Assembly: GCA_016748015.1 (NCBI GenBank) | Contig: JAAOMT010000577.1 | Span: 416,666 to 480,665 of the forward strand | Reading direction: 5' to 3' | Source: Geosiphon pyriformis uo1 | Lineage: Eukaryota > Fungi > Glomeromycota | Length of the DNA stretch: 64,000 nucleotides | The notes under the pieces: generated by a model | Databases searched by the model: none | What the model was told of the DNA's origin: nothing | What the model saw: the letters and a program-made list of their open reading frames with translations, nothing else | Translations under genes and position numbers: made by a program | Part shown: positions 14,166 through 26,413 of the stretch, one piece after another | Numbering within the stretch: the stretch's first letter is position 1 | Layout: the number at the start of each line of letters is the position of its first letter

Positions 14166-14489
14166 TTAATTTGTTTAATAATTTAAATTATTTTTTTATT
14201 AATTGTTAAAAATACAAAAAAAAATTTAAATTAAAAGTATTATTATAATTATTTTGTTGTTTAAAAATTCATAAAACTATAATATATGTCTTTTAAATAA
14301 TAAAAATAATAAATTTATTAATAAAAATAAAAATAATTAATTAATAATTTTGTAAAAAATATAAAGTATTAATATAAAAGTTATTGAACTTTAATATATA
14401 AATATGTTTAAAATAAAAAATTGTTAAATACTTAAATAAAATAAAAACAAATAGTTTTTTTAATTTATATAAAATTATATATATATATG

Positions 14490-15130
14490 TAAAATAATAA
14501 TAAAAATATATTTAATACTGGTTTAATTTTTTTCAATTTTAAAACTTACAATTATTTTTATTTTAAAATAATAAAAAAATTTTATTCAATATTAAAATAT
14601 ATAAAACAATAATAATATTAATTTAAAAAAACAAAAATATTTAATAATTATTATATAATACATAATTATTAAAAAAACAATTATATTATATAGATATATA
14701 ACAAAAGATAAAAACTTTAATTATTATAATAATTTAATAAAAGCAAATTTATTACTTAATAGTAAATTTATACTAATAAATCAAAAATCCGAAATATTAT
14801 TGGCATAAACCAAATATATATTAGTGTCTTATTTTTTCAAACTATAATAAATACACAAAACAATATAATAAATATTAAAAATATTAAATTAAATTAAGAA
14901 ATATTAAAATTAAATATGAAAAATGTGTAAAAAAGCTAAATAGATTAAGTAAATTAAAAAAAAAGTTAAAAAAAAGAGGATATAAATAAAAAGCAAAAAA
15001 AAATGAGCAAAAGTAAAAAAAAATCTAAAAAAAAAAATGAAAAAGCTAAAAAAAAATAAAGCTAAATGGAAATTGCAAATAAAAAAACTACAAAATTCTT
15101 TAAAAACTTTGTAATTTATAATTCAAATAT
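14490..15130 (+). pseudogene. Decayed inverted copy of the promoter and first exon of the gene at 113->1
   Basis: 14490-14864 is the reverse complement of ~114-465 (e.g. taaatttatact-ataaatcaaa, tttaatactggtttaatttt). The ATG has become ATA at 14865, and the coding part is saturated with G>A changes. Confidence 0.8.
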
Positions 15131-15419
15131 TAAAATAATATTTATGATTTTAAGTAATAATTTTGATTTATGTATATTGTACTTATAATTTTCATTGTTT
15201 TTAAATATTGTTTTACTTATAAAACTTAAATTTTCTTCAAAAAAACCATATTTTAGTATTGTATTTTTTAACTAGATATATATATTAATATTAATAATTT
15301 TTAGTTTTTAATAATTTGAATAATAAAAACTAATAAAACTAAGTTTTTATATGAAAATTTTATTTAGTTATTCAATATTAAGCTAACTTATACTGGCCAG
15401 TTAGTAAGTTTTATTTATA

Positions 15420-16317
15420 AGCTTTTTTTTGCAAAGTTTTTCATAATTAATTATTTGGATTTAAAAAAAACATAAAAAAACTTTTTTCTTTCTTATATTC
15501 AAAAAACTCCAAAGAGTGTTTTTCTGGAAAAAAAGTTTTTGTATTTTTTTTGTTAGCTTATATCAATATTTCTTTATCCAACAACTCTTTTGTTATGAAT
15601 CTAGAAGCTGTTTTAGGTGGTATCATGTCTAAAAAAAAGGCACTCAAGGGTGTTTTTTATAGTCCTGTTGGTGATTTCTTTTTACAGAAAAAAAAATTGT
15701 TTTTAGAAAGGTTAAACACTCTGATAATAAAAAAATATCTCTCTAAGCAAGTCTGAATTTGGTGACAATGTGTATTCTAATGCAAATTGTCTGTCTGGGG
15801 ATGATAAGAATATTAACATAATTGGCATTAATAATGGCTCTTTTTTGGGCTCAGGTGTCAACACTCCTAAAGCAAAGTGAGTTAATACTGGTGCTGTTTT
15901 TGGCTCTCCACTTAGTTCTTTCAACTTTGTTATAAATAATAATAAAGAAGTCTCTCTTTTTTTTTGCTTTTCAATTTCTCTAGATAAAAAATAAATTGAC
16001 CCTAAAATTGTTAAAACTCAAGTGAAAGTTGCTGTTAGGAAGTTATTTGCTTTGGACATCAATATTTCAGCAGTGAAAAGCAAATTGGTGATGGTAAAAA
16101 CTCAGATGCTTAGGAAATTATTTTTAGTAGTTAATGGTTTTGGGGGGGCTACTACTCCTTTAAAATTTGAAGAGATTATCAGATCTATATTTACATTGAA
16201 AGAAAACATGAACAAAGTGGCATCATTGGCCAAAAAAAAGGGAATCAAGATAAACAGCAATCTTAAAAGATAAGGAATATGTTTAGATTGGGCTGTGGTC
16301 ATCAAAAAAATTTCTAT
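15420..16317 (+). mobile_element. LINE3 5' part (5' UTR and ORF1 N-terminus)
   Basis: MNLEAVLGGIMSKKKALKG... and LFALDI...NGFGGATTPLKFEEIIRSIFT. Interrupted at the KEIP|MD codons by element A. The 5' end is approximate. Confidence 0.85.
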
Positions 16318-17197
16318 TGTTACAGATGATTATTTGGGGTCTCAAATCAAATAACAGATCCATAACTTAGTGCTCAATTGATATATTGATGTTAATCTTT
16401 AAAGGTTGTTTTATATTTGAAGATTTTTGTTGGTTGAATCCTTTGTATAATAAACAGAGGGTTATTTGTTGTCTTTTTAATAGTCTCCCAGAATTGCAAT
16501 TCTATCGAATTTTTTTTTCAGTATAATAGCCAATAATTTGGCAGAGATGCTCTTCTGGTAAGCTATTCTTAAATCCTTAATATTATATCCTTCTTTTGGG
16601 GTCTTTTACTAGACTACCTTTAACGTCAATAATTCAGCAGTTTTCTTTTTAATCAATTAGTAAACAAAAGAAATACAAAAGAAAATACAAATAAAATAAA
16701 ATAAAAAAAATAAAAAAATAAAAAAATAAGCCAAGATGATTTGCATATTAGTATCCCATTAATAGTCATGATCAAGAGCTATTGTTTCTATGTGGTTAAG
16801 TATCAATTATTATTAACATGAAGTATTGATAGTGGAGAGTAGATTGAGATAGTAAATAATTATTTTATTGATATTTGTAAAAAAAAAATTGCTTAGATCA
16901 AATCTAAACTGAGAGGTCTGTCTTTTCTATTTCTAATACTACCAATATATATACATAATTGAGATTTCTTAATTTCTTAATTCTTCACATCAGAAATTTT
17001 GGAATTCCTGGAATTCTGCAATTTTTTTGAGAGAAATTCTGGAATTCTGGAATCCTGCAATTTCTTGTATAAGAATTATAAAATTTCTGGAATACTGCAA
17101 TTCTTTTAAAAGGAATCCTGGAATTCCACATTTACTATGGCTACTTCTGATTGGCTAATTTATATGCTGATATACTTTTTATATTTTATAAGTAACA
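16318..17197 (-). repeat. Element A 3' LTR
   Basis: tgttacagatg...agtaaca; direct repeat of 26414-27279. Confidence 0.95.
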
Positions 17198-17211
17198 TTA
17201 TTCTCTCTTTT

Positions 17212-17889
17212 TTAATATTGAGCTCTATTGAGATCTTCTAATTTTAAATCTCCGTCTTTGAGTATTTTTTGAACTTTTTTTTCAAGAATTACTTGTGCTA
17301 TCTTGTTCTGTAATTCTTCAAATTGAGCATTAGTTATTTTTTCTATTTGGTTAATGGTAATGGAGTTCATTTTTGGATTGAATAAGATTTTTGGTCGATC
17401 TTGAAATCCAGTGTATAGCCAATAGATGACTCTTGCTTGTATAATCAAATTGTTCCAGTTGTTGCAGTATTGTTGTGTTAAATAATTATTTTGTTTTATC
17501 TATATACAAGCCCTGAATGTTCAAGAATTGTCCCAAATAAAAGTAACAAAAGTTTCTTGAAAATTGTTATATCCACCAATTCCAAGTTTCTATAATTAAC
17601 TCTTAATATTGGGTGACTTTTGGTTGTGTTTCTATTGCCAATTTCATTTTTGTGATTATTTTGTTTACAGTGTTTTCTGTTTTTCTCCGTATTTTATCTT
17701 GTGGTTCTTTTTTGGTGTTTGTGTATCTGATAGTTTGTTGGTTGATTGTAATTTTCATTTTTTGTTGTTGTATCAGTTGAAAAAGTTGTTGTGCTAGTAA
17801 GTGAATGCCATCAGTAATTTCTATTTTCTGCTGTCTTTTGTCATGTATATTATGTCATTATATACTCTTTTGGTTGTTCAATTTTACAT
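17212..17889 (-). pseudogene. Element A extra ORF3 (unknown function, non-env)
   Basis: Lies between the IN end and the PPT. Reads NFCYFYLGQ...QARVIYWLY..FQDRP...ITINQIEKITNAQFEEL...RAQY*. Homologs occur in B, C and D. Confidence 0.75.
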
Positions 17890-20800
17890 GTTTAGTTCAA
17901 TAATTATAATTGGTTCTAGATTTTGTAAAATTTCATCTGGTTTGATTAGTATTCTCTATACTTCTAATTGTAGAATATTACTGGTAGATGATGATACTAT
18001 ATGGTAATATTGTTTTAGTTGATCACCATGTGCTGCTTTGATTAAAATTTTGTTGTTCAATCTTAATTTATAAGCTCTATTTCTAAGAATTTTTTCTATG
18101 TAAAATGGTCTGTCTTATTTGGGATCAAATTTTCTACTCCATTGGTTCTTTGCTTTGGTATAATGTAAAAGTACTTTGTTTCCAATCTTGAATTCTACTG
18201 GTTTATTTGATAGTTGGTTATTATGTCTTTTTTTTTGTTTTTTTTGTGACTTTTGGATATTATCAGCTGCTCTTTGCCATTTGTTTTCTAATGTCTCTAT
18301 TAAGTCATATGTTCTTTTTAACAATGTTTTTTGAAAATTCTCTTTTGTTATTGGTTCTATTGGATATGTACTGTCTTTTATCTTAACTAATAATGTTGCT
18401 GTTCTACCATATACTAATTTAAATAGTGTTGCTTGTGTAGTGTCTTGTTTTATTGTTTGATAAGCAAATAATATTGATGGTATAAACAAATTCCATTTGT
18501 CTTGGTTTTTTTGACTGATCTTGGCTATTGTTTTACACAGTATTCTGTTGAATCTTTTAACTAACCCATTTGTTTGTGAATGGTATGGTAATGATAATGG
18601 CTTAATTTTGTTAATATTTTATTTACAAAGTGAGTTCTTTGATCTGATAATAGTTTTTTTGGACATCAATGTCAACAGATCAAATTTTGATAAATGAATT
18701 TGGCAATGGATTCTGCATCTGCTCTTTGAATGGCTTTTGTTTCTGGCTATTTTGTGAGATAGTCTATGGCTACTGCAATATATCTGTTGCCTTTGTTAAT
18801 AATTGTTAATGGTCCAACTAAGTTAATTCCAATGCAATCAAATAGTTGTTCCACTTTGATTAATCTTAATGGTTTACTAGGTTTTGTTCCACCTTTTTTT
18901 TGACAAGCATCACAACTTTAAACATATTGAATAATGTCCGAATACATTGATGGCCAATAGTATCTTTTTCGAGTTTTTTCTATGGTTGCTTCTTTATAAA
19001 AATGTTTTGCTGTTAGATCTAAATACATGTTGAATAATATTGTTTCTTTCTCTGATTCTGTAATTACTCTGGTTGATTGATCTGAATTTTTTTTGTTTTT
19101 TTGGTAAAGTATATTTTGATAGTTGATAAAATATTTTGATTGTTGTTTTATGTTCCTTTGTTCTTTTTGAGATAATTTCTTTTTGAACAATTTGGTATTT
19201 ATATAGTGTTGAAGTTGTTGTTATTTTTGTATATTCATTTTTTGTTATATTTTTGGGTTGAAATGTTTTTTTTAAATTTGTCTTATTCACGACAATCTGT
19301 CAGCATTTCTATTTTCTTTTCCTTTTTTATAATGTACTGTATAATTAAATAGTGAAAGTTCTATTTTCTATTTGGCATTGCAATCATTTCCAAATTCTTG
19401 TTTTTGAATTGAAATCAATCTTTTATGATCAATATATACATCAAATTTTTGATTCAAGTATTTTTTCTATTTAGTGACAGCCCAATAGATAGCTAAGTGT
19501 TCTAGTGCTAGAGTTCTATAGTTTTTTTCAGCTGGACTTAAGCTTCTATTGGTGTAAGCTACTGGGTGTTTTCGTCCATTTGGTTTTTTCTGTGATAGTA
19601 CTGCTTCTAATGCTTGACCAGATGCATTAGTTATGATTATGAATGGCTTGCTATGATCCAAATAGATCAGTATTAGAGCTTGAATAAGCTTTTTTCTTAA
19701 TGTATCAAAAGCTTTTTGCTGGGTTTTTGTCCATTCATATTTGGTGTTCTTTGTTTGGAACTGGTATAGCAGTTGAGCTATTTTGGAAAAGTCTTTGATA
19801 AAACAGCAGTAATATCCAGCAAATTCCAAAAATGCTCTTAATTCTGTGAGATTATTTGGTATTGGAAAGTTTTTGACAATTTCAATTTTATCTGAATTTG
19901 TCTTAATTCCATCTTTGTTTACAATATGTCCTAAAAACTTAAGTTCAGTGTTTTCAAAGAAACACTTGGTTGCATTCAATTTTAATCTTGCTTATTTGAG
20001 TCTTTCAAATACTTGTTGGAGATAATACAAATGATCATCAAATGTTTTTGAGAACACATTAGTGTCATCTATATATACAACTACTGATTTCTATAGTAGT
20101 CCAGTATAAACAATTTCTACAAGTCACTGAAAAGTGGCTGGAGGATTTATCAAGCCGAATGGCATTACTTTAAATTCAAAATTTTTTTCTCGAGTTGTAA
20201 AAGCTGTTTTCTCTTTATCTTTCAATTTCATGGTTACCTACCAGTAATTATTGTCTAAGTCTAAAGTTAAGAACTATTTTTTTCTTCCAAAAGCATCAAA
20301 CAGCTCTTAGATCTTTGGGGTTAAATAGCTATCTCTTTTGGTTACTCTATTCAGTTTTTAGTAATTTACACAAAAGTGGATTTTTCTATTTTTCTTATAG
20401 ATTAGTACCACTGGTAATGACCATGGGCTCATTAATAGCTGAATTAGCCTATTGTTAAGCATTTGGTTGATTTCTTGACAAATAATCTCATGGCTGGCTA
20501 GTGGTATTTTCTATGCTTTTTGTTTAATTGGCATTATATCTTCAGTCTTGATTTGATGTTGAATGATATCAGTTCTGCCAAATTCATTTTTGCTGACAAA
20601 AATGTCATTGAAATTGTTAAGTAATATTTTGAGCTGTATACATTGAAGTGAGTCTAAGTTTTCCAAGTTCATCTGTTCCAATTGTTCTGTTTAGAGTAGA
20701 TAACATTCTTTTTATCTATAGATAGTTTGTAATGTGATGTCCACATATTCACATAGTTGTGAAAAGTCTGAAATGGTGTTTGGAAGTTGATCTTCAATTT

Positions 20801-23030
20801 TGGTGGTTAAGTATTCAATGATGGTTTCTTCTGGTATTTCAATAATATCTCCCATATTGTTATAAATAGGAATTTTGACATGTCTGTGGTTTTTGGCTGG
20901 TATGTGTAGATTAACTAATCCAATTTTTTCTGATTCACAAAGTGTTGTTTCTGCCTCAAAAATCTGTATCTGATTTTTTATTTTTCTCTCTATAATTACC
21001 ATGTATTAATCATATGGTGGAATAAAAATTGGTTGGTGGGTGGAGATAATTTCTCCCTTGTTAACAACTTTTTTTTCTGCCATATTGACTGATATTTCTA
21101 TTCTACCTGTTGATCCAAATTCCTGTATCTCTCTTGCTGTTATCTCTAACTCTTTACTGTTTTTCACTGATATTAATTGAGCTATTTTAACCAGAGACAG
21201 GAATATTGTCTGTGCTATCTTTTTGTTTGGCTCTAGGTATAGGCTTTTTTTGAATCATTTTGTAGCATAGCAATGATATTTTCTATATATCCTGCATCAA
21301 TTATTCTTCCTCTGATATTGATTTCTTTTTTTACTAAACTACTCCTGGATGCTAGTTAAATCATTGTTGTTGCTGGAATTTTAAGTGCTATTTTAAGATC
21401 AATACAAATGTGTGAGTGTAATTCTAATTTGATGGTATCTTTTTCTGAATATCTCAGATTAAATCTTGTATTAGTATTATGGATACATTCTGACATTATA
21501 CCTTCATCATTGTTACTAAACCATTTCAGTTCTTGGTCTTTGGTGAGATCAGAAAGGGCAATATATTGTTCTGAGTATAAATCAAAGTTTAAATCATTAT
21601 CACTATTGTTGTTATTTTAAATGGAGCTGGAACCAGTGTTATCATCATTGTTATTGTCAAAGTTTGAATCAGGATTGCAAATTAATTCCAATTCCAATGT
21701 GCAGCTGCTAATTGGTTTTTTTTTCTTTGAGATTGTGTAGATCATGTGGATCAGTAGATTGTAAATGAGATCACACTCATTACAATATTGAAAGTCACAT
21801 GGGATCAAACAATGGTCACATAATTAGGTGTTTATCTCTTTCAAGCATTGTTTCTGCTCCTCTCTTGTTGATGCCAAATTCTGGTAATGTTCATGAAATT
21901 CCTCTGGACTTGTCTCAATATCCAAAAAGACATCTGAATTGGGGATAAGGATGATATCAATTGGTTCTAAAGGGTTGTTTTTTATCTTTTAAATCTCATT
22001 GGACGAAGCACTTTCTATTTTGGTGTTGGCCATTCACCAGATCTCGTCTTTGTCATGTGAGTAACCATCTAAGCAAGAGATTGCTCAGTGCCAGACAGCA
22101 GTAACAGGTGTTCTATGATTTACTCAGTCACTGATGAGGATTGTATACTGGCATAAAGCATCGCATGTCCCTTCTCAACCAGATATGTCATTCTATATTT
22201 TTTTATTAAGTAACTATTCACCACAAGTGAGACATGGCTCATTGTCCTACTTTTCTTGTTTTTTTGAGTAGCCATAGCATTTTCTATGGCACAACTTATA
22301 GTAATAGTAAGTTCTTGTCCAATAGTCTTTATTAGATGCGATTCAAGCTCCCATAGAGAAAAGTTTCTTTCTACAGTCTTTGTATTTGAGAAGTATATAT
22401 GGCAGTTCTTTTATTGATTCATGTGAATACTCTCTTTTCCAGCCACTAGTTATTTCTTCTGTGGTGATGGTTTCTTTAGGTATGTCTTTTTTCTTCCCTT
22501 TTTTTTTGTTATCCCAAGAAAGTACTAGTGGTAACTTGTTGTGTTCTGTGTCAGCCTAGGAAACTTGGTATGCTTTCCAAGTAGGTTTTTTTTCTCCTTC
22601 TTCAATCTCAATGAGTGGTGTTGATGGTGTGGTAATAGGTTTGAAGTGGCCACACATGGCTGGTACACATGTGTGTCAACTGTTCTGGCTAAGCTGGAGC
22701 TCTTGGGTGTTCCAGTCAAGCATCATGTTGATTTTGAACAGCCAGTCATTGCCAACAAGTGCTTGGTATTAAGTGGCTTCCATGATTAATATCTTGATTG
22801 GTACAATGATGCCATTGACTTCAATAGATAAGTCATCTATTTCATCAATTGAAGTCTTGGTGGTTCTATCAGCTGTAATTATTCTTATACTGGCAGCTTA
22901 ATCAACTCAGCAATCTAATTGGTTCATAAGCTGTCTTGTAATAATGTTGCCAGCTAATCTACTATCTAGGATCAGTTTGATGAAATAGCTGTCAATTTTG
23001 GCATTAGTGTATATTGCTGTGATGAGTTTT
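17890..23030 (-). pseudogene. pol: Element A pol: PR (~23030-22720), Cys-rich domain (~22400-21760), dUTPase (~21510-21100), RT (~20560-19900), RNase H (~19700-19330), integrase (~19100-18000)
   Basis: KLILDS(G); FNLRY/SRSSLVKK/IIDAGY/KIAQ; PFGL..VVYIDDT; LKFLGHIV; ITNASGQALEAVL; YYWP; IGI-LVGPL; FDPK-D-PF. Confidence 0.9.
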
Positions 23031-26000
23031 TTTTCAAGTGTGGCTCCATTGAACAAAGAGGTTTCTGATGGTTTTTCAATTTTAAAGAGAAATATAGCTG
23101 TAAGTGACTTGTCTTCTGTGATGGTGGCTGGTAGAATATTGTTGGTAGTAAGTGTTTATTGGTTGGTTTCCAGGTTATTGGGTTGGATGTCTTTTGGGAT
23201 AACCAGAAGACTTAAATAATGTTAGAAATTTGGGTTTTATGCATATCTGGTTCCCAAATTTTGAGACTGTAATTTTAATTGTTGCATGGAAAAGCTGGAG
23301 ATCAGTTGGTGAACAACCATCGCTAATCTCCAATTTTGAGTGATTCTTAATCTAGGGTTTTCTGATGTCATCTGAGCTGGGTTTGATGGTGGTGCTTAAA
23401 CTGTAAGTGTTTGATAAATTATTTGTGACTGTGGTGGTTGATATATTACTTATGACTATGATTGATAAACTGAAGGTTAATATATGGGTGGTTGATATAT
23501 TTGCTGCTGCGTCATAGGTAGGTAATTCTGTTAATATAGTTCTAAGTTTGGTTGGTAATCTAGAGTTTGAAACCAACAATCAGGGTTTTGATATTGATTT
23601 CCTAATTGTTAGTTGTTTATCTTTTTTCGACAGTTGAATTGCAGATGTTTTTATTTACCACAATAGTGGCAAGCATGCATTTTTTGTTACTACTGTGAAT
23701 TGATTAATGATGATAGACATAGTTAATTTTGGCAATGACTTGAGTTTTTTTGATTGTTGTGTTATTGTGAAGATTAATAAATTGCATAATTGTCAGCTAA
23801 GTATCTCTCAATTTTCTGATTGATCGAATCACCAAATTGCTTTAATTTGGAATCCAAGTTAGATAATTTATTTATTACTAAATTTATGGCTTGGACATAA
23901 TTAGCTTCTAACTCAGCTGATTCAAAATTTCTGGTACAAGTGACTGTGTTTTGTAGGTTAACTAAATATAGTGGCTGTATGTGTTACAAGATACTACTGT
24001 GTAATCTACAAATAAACAGATTCTGCAGTAAAATAATTAGCATTGATGGCTTGTATTTGGCACAGATTTTGATGAGAACTTTCCAAGTAAGTGGTGACTG
24101 CTTCAGTATTTCTCTATTTAATGGTGGTAAAAATGTTGGCCAAGTGATTAATGCTGTTGCTGTTACTAAAATATCTTAAAAATTCCAATTTAAATGTATC
24201 AAATGTTTGGAATTTCTGAGCTAGACTATGATACCATGAGTTGGTGGTATTACCAGACAAAATTAGAGATATTATTTAGCATGAAACTATCTTATAATTC
24301 CTATCATTAATTAGCATATATTATTATTTCAAATTATCACTTATTACATTAGCAAAAAATGTCCAAAATTATCATTTAATTAATAACCCAATTTGTACAC
24401 AACACAAATGTAACCTAATTGCGATGATCAATCATGCAATACCCCGAACTATGTAACATTCAAAAGTTTGCCAAAATTTATAAAAATTTGCCGAAATAAT
24501 TAATAGTTCACCAAAATATCTAATAAGTTCGCAGAAATAACTTGTAGTTTGCTGAAATGTATCTTTAGTTCAGCAAAATGGTAGAAAATAGCAAAGTTCA
24601 AGTTCATAGAATAGTGTTACGACAAGTTGTATAAAAGAAGAGCTTCTCTCTTCGAAAAAAAGTATCTTACTTTAGATTTTTTTCTTAAAAACTATTCCTA
24701 TACACACAAAAAGAAATAAATATCAAATAATTTGAAAAACCAAATTTTTTAATTATTGTACTTGGAAAAACCCCCAAAAACCCAACTAACATTTCGAAAT
24801 TGATTAGCTACCAATTTCAGTAAACTGTTAGTGACTCCAGGCCTGAATAGAAAATGTTTCTCTTGACAAAATTCTATTTCTTTTATATTTCTTTTATTTT
24901 CCTTTTCTTTTCTTATTACAATCATTAGGGTAGCCTACAGACAAGATTCCTGTAGAAGAGTTGACTTTCACAGCAAAGTAACTAAACATTTTAGTGAGCT
25001 TCCAGATGAGCAATTCCTGGGAAAGAATTGACGTTTACTACAACGTAATTACATAAAGTAACTGGCAAGGAATTGGCCATTCTATTTATAAGCCCAGCAG
25101 TTCAAATTATAGGAGATAATTTGAAAATAAATTCAGTTATTAGAGGTTCAACCACATCCAAAAAACATGAATTCACAGCAAATAAGTATCAACAACATTA
25201 CAGAAAAGAGACCAAAAACCTCCGGTAACAGCGGCATCCTAAAAAAAATAAGGGATTGCTTGAAGGGCTCTGGCATTATTCCAGTTATTGGCAGTAATGG
25301 CTTTGGTGATGTCATTAATCCATGTTTGGACATTGTCTTCTTTGCCAGAAAATTTTTCTAGCTTTGCAATGAATAGATATACTATTTGTGCAATTAATTG
25401 TTAGTGTAGTTGTTAAAATTGTTGTTGTGGCTGTTGAATCAGCTGCTGTGGTTGTTGAGGTGGTTAAAGTGGTTGTTGAATAGGTTGCTAAAGTGGCTGC
25501 TGTTGAATTGGTTCAATAGTCAGTGCAATTGGTGTCTGATCAATAACAATTACTGAAGATAAGTTTTGCTGATTAATTGTTTCGGAGTTTGGATTGTTTT
25601 GAATTTGCTGGGTTTGAATGTTCAGAGTTTCAACTTCCAGATTTTTTAGAATCAGGTTTTGGTAAGTAAATTTCTGATCCCTATTTTTTTTTTCTTCTGA
25701 TTTTGTTACTTCCCACAGACTCGCAGTTCTGAAATTTGGTTAAGGTAGCAGTAATTGAAATCCTAATGACATTGGTAATCATGATTTAAATCCTTCAAAA
25801 TATTTGCCATATGGTCCTAATAATTCTGCTTTTTTTTGTTTACTTTGAAATGGAAATCATCCAAAGATTGATGTTACATTTGATGCAGACACATTTGTTG
25901 AAAAGATATTAATGGCACTTTCTGGTATATAATAGTATGATGGATTGGTTAGTAATTCAACTCTGGTTTTCTTCCAAATGGGTGGTTGTATCTTTTTGGG

Positions 26001-26350
26001 TGTTACCACTGGTGTTTGCAATCTTTCTTTGCCTTTGTCTGCATAGATGATGGAGAATTGTTGTTGGGTGTACCTTTCAATGGTTTGATTAATTTTCCTA
26101 ATAATTGGTATAAAACTGTAGTTTCTTGGTAAGCTGGTATGTTAAAACAATTCTGTATAGAAATTTTTTCTTGCAGATTCAATGTTAACTGTTTTTTCTA
26201 AGCAGTCTGTGATTTTATTGTTAATGTAAAAGTTGAAGACTGATTTTGCTGGAAAATAGTTGTTGTTTAATTCTAACTGTTGGCTGTACTGTTAAAACAA
26301 GGATTTGGCAAATTCTAAATGGTTGGTTCTTATGATTTCTAATTCTGTTA
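23031..26350 (-). pseudogene. gag: Element A gag (capsid-like domain + CCHC knuckle), interrupted by a solo LTR
   Basis: NHLEFAKSL; KAITANNWNNARALQAIPYF|NSWY is split by the insertion; CHYCGK-KHLQFNC at ~23630-23672. Confidence 0.85.
24248..25230 (+). mobile_element. Solo LTR of the element C family inside A gag
   Basis: t(a)ttacc...ggtaaca; reverse-complement homolog of 55347-56316; 4-bp TSD gtgg/gcgg; gag resumes on both sides. Confidence 0.9.
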
Positions 26351-26413
26351 CTTTTGGATGATTGTTGTTGGTGCTGGTTCTCTGTAGGATTATACTTTAC
26401 AAGGAGCACCAAA

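Noticed and set aside
1-15130. Single giant palindrome or foldback element
   Set aside because: LINE1 and LINE2 are different subfamilies, and the LINE1 3' UTR resumes after LINE2. The symmetry comes from nested insertion between inverted paralogs.
15300-15420. TSD of LINE3 matching 59236-59258
   Set aside because: Several low-complexity A/T matches compete (15302, 15399) and none can be supported.
17212-17889. ORF3 as env or chromodomain
   Set aside because: No signal peptide, TM helix, furin site or chromodomain aromatic-cage motif is visible.
26403-26411. Assigning a specific primer tRNA
   Set aside because: A ...GAGCA-CCA end fits several tRNA isotypes; the host tRNA set is needed.
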